Assembly: GCF_963921235.1 (NCBI RefSeq)
Contig: NW_026948141.1
Coordinates: 1-64,000, forward strand
DNA: 64,000 nt
Direction of reading: 5' to 3'
DNA from: Mobula hypostoma
Taxonomy: Eukaryota
Below, piece by piece: positions 57,080-64,000 of this stretch. Each line of letters begins with the position of its first letter. Position 1 is the stretch's first letter. Made by a program: the position numbers and the translations under genes. The notes beneath the pieces were generated by a model, which saw only the letters and a list, made by a program, of their open reading frames with translations, did not search any database and was not told the DNA's origin.

Positions 57080-58420
57080 ATGACGACAGTGGAGAAGGCC
57101 ATGGATGGACATATCGGAATGGGAATGGGAAGTGGAATATAAACGGGTGGCCACTGGGAGATCCTGTTTGTTCTGGTGGACGGAGTGTAGATGCTCGGCG
57201 AAGTGGTCTCCCAATCTACGTCGGGTCTCGCTGATGTATAGGAGGCCACACCAGGAGCACTGAACACAGTAAATGACCCCAACAGACTCACAGGTGAAAT
57301 GTCGCCTCACTTGCAAGGACTGTTTGGGGCCCTGAATGGCAGTGAGGAAGGAGGTGTCAGGGCAGGTGTAGCACTTGTTCCGCTAGTAGGGATGTGCCAG
57401 GAGGGACGAATGGACAAGGGAGGATTGATCCCTGCGGAAAGCAGAATGTTGGGGGGGAGGAGGGAGGGGAAGTTGTGCTTGATGGTGGGATCCCATTGTA
57501 GGTGGCAGAGGTGTTGGAGAATTATGTACTGGACACGGAGGCTGGTGGAGTCGTACGTGAGGAGACGAGGAACCCTATCCCTGGTGGGGTGGCGGGAGGA
57601 TGTGGTAAGAGCAGACGTGCATGAAATGGAAGAGATGCCGTTGAGAGCAGCGTTGATAGCAGAGGAAGGGAAGCCCCTTTCTTTGAAAAAGGAGGACATC
57701 TCCTTCATTCCAGAATAAGAAGCCTCATCCTGAGAGCAGAGACAGAGGAAATGAGGAAAGGGGACGGTGTCTTTACAAGTAGTAGGGTGGGATGAGGTGC
57801 AGTCTTGGTAGCTGTGAGAGTCTGTGGCTTTGTAATAAACATTGATGTATAAGCTGACTCTGGAGATAGAGACAGTGAGATTGAGAAAGGGAAGGAAGGA
57901 AGGTGTTGGAAATGGACCAGGTGAATTTGAGGGTAGGGTGGAAGTTAGAGGCAAAGTGCATGAAGTTGGTGAGTTCAGCACAGGTGCAGGAAGCAGCACT
58001 AATGTAGTCATCGATGCAGTGTAGGAAATGTGCGGGACAGACACCCACGTAGACTGTTCTACTTAGCCGACAAACATGCAGGCATAGCTGGGATCCATGC
58101 AAGTGCTCTTGGCTACACCTTTTGTTTGAAGGAAGTGGGAGGAGCCAAAGGAGAGATTTCTCAAACTTCCGATAATGCCCCCCAACCCGTCTCTCCGTTT
58201 CCCATCCCCGTTTTCCTCTCTCACCTCATCTCACCAATCAAGTTCCCAGCTCTTTACTTTATCACCTGGTGGTTCTCTCTCCCTTTCCGCCCACCTTTTA
58301 AATCTACCCCTCAGCTTTTTTCTCCAGTCCTTCTGAAGGGTTTTGGCCCAAAACATCAACTGTACTTTTTTCCATAGATGTTGCCTAGCCTCCAGCATTT
58401 TATGTGTGTTGCATGACATA
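57080..58420 (-). mobile_element. Decayed Penelope-like element (RT C-terminal half + GIY-YIG) with an inverted pLTR at about 58160-58420
   Basis: FTCESVGVIYCVQCSWCGLLYISETRRRLGDHFAEH (GIY-YIG); VYYKATDSHSY..SSHP, FFKERGFP and IDDY (RT). The opposite-strand pLTR has a mutated hammerhead at about 58325-58361. Confidence 0.9.
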
Positions 58421-58425
58421 AACTT

Positions 58426-61400
58426 CCTGACTCTGTATTCCATCTGCCAATTCTTTGCCCATTCTTCTAATCTGTCGAAGTCTTTCTGTAGAAATTACAT
58501 ATGCTGCACCATTTTTCATATAGGCTAAAAACTTTACAACAAAGCCATCAATTCCATTATCCACATCATTGACATATAGCATAAAAATAAGCGGTCCCAA
58601 CACAGATCCCTGTGGAACACCACTAGTCACTGGCAACCAATCTGAAAAGGCTCCCTTTATTCCCATTCTTGAACTCCTGTCAATCAGCCACTTCTTTATC
58701 AATGCTAGTATCTTTCTTGTAATACCATAGCCTCTTAATTTGTTAAGCTGCTTCATGTGTGGCACCTTGTCAAAGGCCTTCTGAAAATCCAAGCACACAA
58801 CATCAACTGATTCTCCTTTGTCTATCCTGCTCATTATTTCTTCAAAGAATTCCAACAGATTTGTCAAGCAAGATTTTTTCTTGAGGAAACCAGGCTGACT
58901 ATGGCCTATTTTATCATGTGCCTTCAAGTACCCTAAAACCACATCCTTAACAATCGACTCCAACATCTTCTCAACCACTGAAGTCAGACTAACTGGCCTA
59001 TAGTTTCCTTTCTTCTGCCTCTCTCATTCTTAAAAAGTGGTGTGACATCTGCAATTTTCCAGCCTTCTGGAACCATTCAAGAATCTAGTGATTCTTGAAA
59101 GGTTATTAGTATGCCTCCACAGTCTCGTCAGCCACCTCTTTTAGAACCCTGGCGCGTACACCATCTGGTCCAGGTGACTTATCTATCGTTGGACCTTTCA
59201 GTTTCCCAAGAACCTTCTCCCTTGTAATGGCGACTTCACACACTTCTGATCCCTGGCACTCTGGAACTTCCACCATACTGCTAATGTCTTTCACAGTGAA
59301 GAATGACGCAAAATACTTATTCATTTCGTCCGCAGTTTCCTTGACCCCATTACCACCTCTCCAGCATCGTTTTCCAGTGGTTTGATATCCACTCTCGTCT
59401 CCCTTTTACAGTTTATATATATGAAGAAACTTTTGGTATCCTCTTTAATGTTATTGGCTAGCTTACTTTCTACAAATTCCCCCTCTTGGGATCTAGCACC
59501 AACCTAATTTTCCCTATCTAATTTCATTTTGAAATCTCCTTTGACTATTGTAACATTGCCCTTTGGCATGCATTTTCTATCTCACAGTGTAATTTGTAGA
59601 CCACATCCTTACTACTGTTTGGGGCTCTGTATAGAACTTCCTTCGGGGTCTTTTTACCCTTGCAGTTCCTTAGCTTGATAGACAATGATTCAACACCTTC
59701 CTACCCTATGTCACCTCTTTATAGTGATTTGATTTCATTTTTTCCCAACAGAGCAGCACCATCCCCTCTGCCTTCCCGCCAGTCCTTTCGATACAATGTG
59801 TATCCTTGGATGTTAAGTTCCCAGCTATGATTCAGTGATGCCTACAACATCATACATGCCATTCTGTTACTGTGCTACGAGTTCTCTATCTTATTCCATA
59901 TACTGAGTGCATTCGAATATAACACTTCCAGTCCTGTATTCACCCTTTTTGATTCTGTCTACCTTTTACATGCAATCCATCCTGTTCACTGGAATTTTAC
60001 CCCATCATCAGCCTCTCCTTGCTAGCAGTCTCACTACACACTGCCTCTGTTTGTAAACCAGCTACCTCATCCTCAGCACTATCACTCTGGTTCTCAACCC
60101 CCCCCCCCCCGCCAAATTAGTTTAAATCCCACCGAACAACTCTAATAAACCTGCCCTCAAGGATATTGTTCCCCTCAGGTTCAGATGTAACCTGTCCCTT
60201 TTGTACAGGTCATATCTTCTCCAGAAGAGATCCCAGTGATCCATAAATCTGAAACCCTACCCCCTGCACCAGTTCCTCAGCCACACATTCACCTGCCAGA
60301 TCATCCTATTCTTACACTCATTGGTGCATGGCACAGGCAGCAATCCAGAGATTACTCCCCTGGAGATCCTGTTTCTCAGCTTTCTACCTAGCTCACTAAA
60401 ATATCTCCTCAGGACCTCCGCACATTGTCTACCTCTGTCATTGGTGCTAACAACCATCCAGACTTCTGGCTGCTCACCCTCGCCCTTGAGAATGCCATGG
60501 ATCTGATTTGAAACATCTCTGACCCTGACACCAGGGAGCCAACATACCATCTGGGTATCTCTATCATGCCCACAGAATCTCATCTCTGTTCCTGTGACTA
60601 TGGAATCTCCTATCTATACTGCTGGCTTCTTCACCTGTCTGCTCTTCTGAACCATAGCTCCAGACTCATTGCCAGAGACATGGTCATTGTGACTCCCCCT
60701 GTCGGTCGCCCCTCAACAGTATCTAAAGTTGTATAAGTATTATTGAGGGGAACAGCCACAGGTGTACTCTGCAGTGGCTGCCCATTTCCCTTTCTTTTCC
60801 TGACAGTCACCCAGTTACCTGTCTCCTGCAATCTCCCTATAGCTTCTGTCCATCACCTCCTCCTTTTCCTGGGTGAGTTGAAGGTCATCAAGCTGCAGCT
60901 TGAGTTCCTTAATACATTCTCTCAGGAGCTGCAGCTCAGTGCAGCTGCTGCAGATGTGTTTATCCAGGAGAATAGATGTTTCCTGGACTTCCCACATCCC
61001 ACACACAACATAAAACACTGCCCCCAGAGCTATTCTCACTATACTATGCTCTAATAGATGAGGAATGAACAAATAAAAAAAAACAGGAGAAATTTACCAG
61101 AAACTTTATCTCACCCAAGTCTAATCTCGCCTAAGCCTGATTAGCCCTGCTCTGCTGGGGGAGAAGCTGACAGCGATGCAGGTGGATGCTTCCCTGGTGT
61201 CATGGATTCTTAATTACCTGACTGGCAGACCACAGTACGTGTGCTTGCAACACTCTGTGTCCGACAGAGTGATCAGCAGCACTGGAGCTCCACAGGGGAC
61301 TGTCTTGTCTCCCTTTCTCTTCACCATTTACACCTCAGACTTCAACTACTGCACAGAGTCTTGTCATCTTCAGAAGTTTTCTGATGACTCTGCCATAGTT

Positions 61401-62440
61401 GGATACATCAGCAAGGGAGATGAGACTAAGTACAGGGCTACGGTAGGAAACTTTGTCACATGGTGTGAGCAGAATTATCTGCAGCTTAATGTGAAAAAGA
61501 CTAAGGAGCTGGTGGTAGACCTGAGGAGAGCTAAGGTACCGGTGACCCCTGTTTCCATCCAGGGGTCAGTGTGGACATGGTAGAGGATTACAAATACCTG
61601 GGGATACGAATTGACAATAAACTGGACTGGTCAAAGAACACTGAGGCTGTCTACAAGAAAGGTCAGAGCCGTCTCTATTTCCTGAGGAGACTGAGGTCCC
61701 TTAACATCTGCCGGACGATGCTGAGGATATTCTATGAGTCTGTGGTGGCCAGTGCGATCATGTTTGCTGTTGTGTGCTGGGGCAGCAGGCTGAGGGTAGC
61801 AGACACCAACAGAATCAACATGCTCATTCGTAAGGCCAGTGATGTTGTGGGGATGGAACTGGGCTGTCTGACGGTGGTGTCTGAAAAGAGGATGCTGTCC
61901 AAGTTACATGCCATCTTGGACAATGTCTCCTATCCACTACATAATGTACTGGTTGGTCACAGGAGTACATTCAGCCAGAGACTCATTCCACCGAGATGCA
62001 ACACAGAGCGTCATAGGAAGTCATTCCTGCCTGTGGCCATCAAACTTTACAACTCCTCCCTTGGAGGGTCAGACATCCTGAACCAATAGGCTGGTCCTGG
62101 ACTTATTTCATAATTTACTGGCATAATTTACATATTACTATTTAACTATTTATGGATTTATTATTTATGGTGCAACTGTAACGAAAACCAGTTTCCCCCG
62201 GGATCAATAAAGTATGACTATGACTATGACAAAACCACTCTGAAACTGCCATGCTCAGAGAATGACTACTCCTCTTGCACCTGCATTATTCTGATTCATC
62301 CTTTCAAATGAATCCCTCTTGTTGATTGGTCGCGGCCCATTTCAGCGAAGCTCTGCCTTTTAAATCTTGACCACGGACCTGATTGAAAGGTAGCTCTTTT
62401 TACACACTCCCTCTCTTTAATTGGTTGCTGCCCAACTCAG
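58426..62440 (-). mobile_element. Decayed CR1 LINE (5' UTR, ORF1 esterase, APE, RT; no 3' end seen) with a Rex/Babar insertion in its 5' UTR
   Basis: RT SCLTNLLEFFEE..DFQKAFDKVPH..SGVPQGSVLGP (58400-58978); KSPGPDG (59106-59324); ORF1 pieces at 60257-61072. The extent past 62230 is less certain. Confidence 0.88.
61144..62230 (+). mobile_element. Young 5'-truncated Rex1/Babar-type LINE
   Basis: ORFs 61176-61583 (STGAPQGTVLSPFLFTIYT..KFSDD) and 61571-62089 are separated by one frameshift; AATAAA followed by a (TATGAC)3 tail. Confidence 0.93.
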
Positions 62441-62831
62441 GACTCACACCACCAGGTTTGGGAACAGTTATTGTGCGTGAACCATCAGGCTCTTGAACCA
62501 GAGGGGATAACTTCAGTCAGCTTCACTCACCCCATCACTGAACTGTTCCCACAACCTAAAGACTTACTTTCATGGAATTTTCAACTCATGTTCTCAATTT
62601 TTTTGCTCATTTATTAATTATTATTATTATTTCTGTCTTTCTATTTACTTTTGCACGGTTTGTTGTCATTTGCACATTTGTTGTTTGTTTGTCCGTCCTG
62701 TTGTGTACAGTCTCTCATTGATTCTATTGTGCTTCTTGGACTTACTGTGAATGCCCACAAGAAAATTCATCTCAGGGTTATATATGGTGACGTTTTTGTA
62801 CTTTGATAATAAAATGACTTTGAACTTTGAA
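62441..62831 (+). mobile_element. Old Rex/Babar-type LINE 3' end
   Basis: CACACCACCAGGTTTGGGAACAGTTATT..ACCATCAGGCTCTTGAAC, and an ACTTTGAACTTTGA tail. Confidence 0.7.
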
Positions 62832-63644
62832 TGGAAAAGGAGAGAATGGGAGCAGTGAGAAATTACTGGAAATCTGAGAAATTGATAGTCGTGTTAGTTA
62901 AGCTGAAATGTTAAGTGTTTCTTCATAGCTGGCACTTAGATAAGATACTAAAGGAACGACTCATTGGGTAAATACAGAAGAACACATGCTGCTGTTTAAT
63001 TAGTCAGGGTGTCAAAGGTTATGGGGAGAAGGCAGCAGAATGGGGTTTAGAAGTATAATAAAGCAGCCATGATGGAATGGTGTAGTAGACTCAATAGGAT
63101 GAGTGGCTTAATTCTGCTCCTAGGTTTTATGATCTTATGTGCAACTGCAGAGAGACATGCACGGACACACACATGAAATATGGAAACTGTTCTGACTGTC
63201 TTGAAAAACACTGACAGTAATGGAAGCTTTATAATACACAGTGAGTTTTTGCAGAGAACGCACGGAGCTGTACAACAATAATTGATGTCATTCAGTGCTG
63301 TCTAGATCATCTTAAGCATTGTTTCATGTTTGCTTGTTAGCCTGTGATATGTGCTATGTTTCAGACACTTAGCTTCACATGGTCTAGACTAGAGCCTCTC
63401 AGAGGCCTAGCTGCCTGAACAGTAGAATGTTGCCATCTGGAAACTCCATTTGATGAATTCCTAATTCCTCAAAAATTCAGAAAACAAGTGGGTTATTTAA
63501 GTTTGGAAGTTTGTGCCTTGTTCCAACATCATTCAGATTGTAAAGTGTTGACAAGCCATAAGCTCACAGTGCGTGGGCCTGAGAAGTGAAAGATTAAACA
63601 AGTAAGTGTGTGATGCAGGCCGTAGGTCCTTAAGGTTGTTATAC

Positions 63645-64000
63645 CTGGTAGTGTGGATGAGCTCCCAGTACCTATTAAATGCTCTGAATGGCACGCATCT
63701 CAATACCAAGTCCAGCTCACGACCTTCATGCATGGCTTAACTACTAAACCCAGTGGAACTGATAGCAGAGGGGCAAAGGTGGGTTACTCACACCTTAAAA
63801 CCAGTCACTTTGTGCAGATGAGGCTCGTCAGCTGTGTTTGGTAACTCATCTAGGAGAAGGAAAACTCTGATCTCAAAACTCCGCTGCCTTGCGGCTTTAC
63901 CCAATCATTGGAAAGGTTTCAAGAGTAAACCCCGAGGAAAATCCGGAGGTGGTGTCCCTAAGGCAGTCCTACATTGTGCTCAATACTGACTGGCAACTCC
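63645..64000 (+). mobile_element. Interspersed element copy 3 (5' part; runs off the window)
   Basis: Reverse complement of copies 1 and 2. Contains CTAGGAGAAGGAAAACTCTGA (63850-63870), a motif I recall from RTE-clade 5' regions. Confidence 0.75.

Noticed and set aside
58325..58361. Second Penelope hammerhead as a functional ribozyme
   Set aside because: The core is mutated: CTTCTGA instead of CTGANGA, and AAAAC instead of GAAAC.
63365..63395. Candidate next LRRC56 exon after TTTCAG
   Set aside because: In the required phase it reads HLASHGLD-stop and does not resemble the expected DLGTSL..LQVLWL segment. The next exon probably lies beyond the window.

Overview
Vertebrate genomic DNA, most likely a cartilaginous fish (ray/shark type); this is inferred from the repeat landscape of CR1 LINEs with CATAGAAA-type tails, Rex1/Babar LINEs, Penelope-like elements and tRNA-derived SINEs. 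The window is almost entirely intronic or repetitive. Two short + strand coding exons (37432-37519, 88 nt; 50950-51010, 61 nt) splice in frame to a peptide matching the N-terminal LRR region of LRRC56. Bases 1-~29085 are one GT-rich 40-bp minisatellite (about 730 units, open at the left edge) with nested higher-order duplications. It is fused directly to the 3' tail of a minus-strand tRNA-derived SINE. The rest is nested retroelements and small DNA-transposon remnants, plus two more minisatellites. One is a 33-bp x91 array that grew inside an interspersed element whose single-copy version is also in the window. The other is a 69-74-bp array that reverses orientation part-way. A Penelope pseudo-LTR carries an intact minimal hammerhead ribozyme. 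The giant Cys/Val, His/Thr and 11-aa-repeat ORFs in the track are repeat artefacts. I found no new protein-coding system; the most interesting signals are retroposon-seeded satellite births caught in place.
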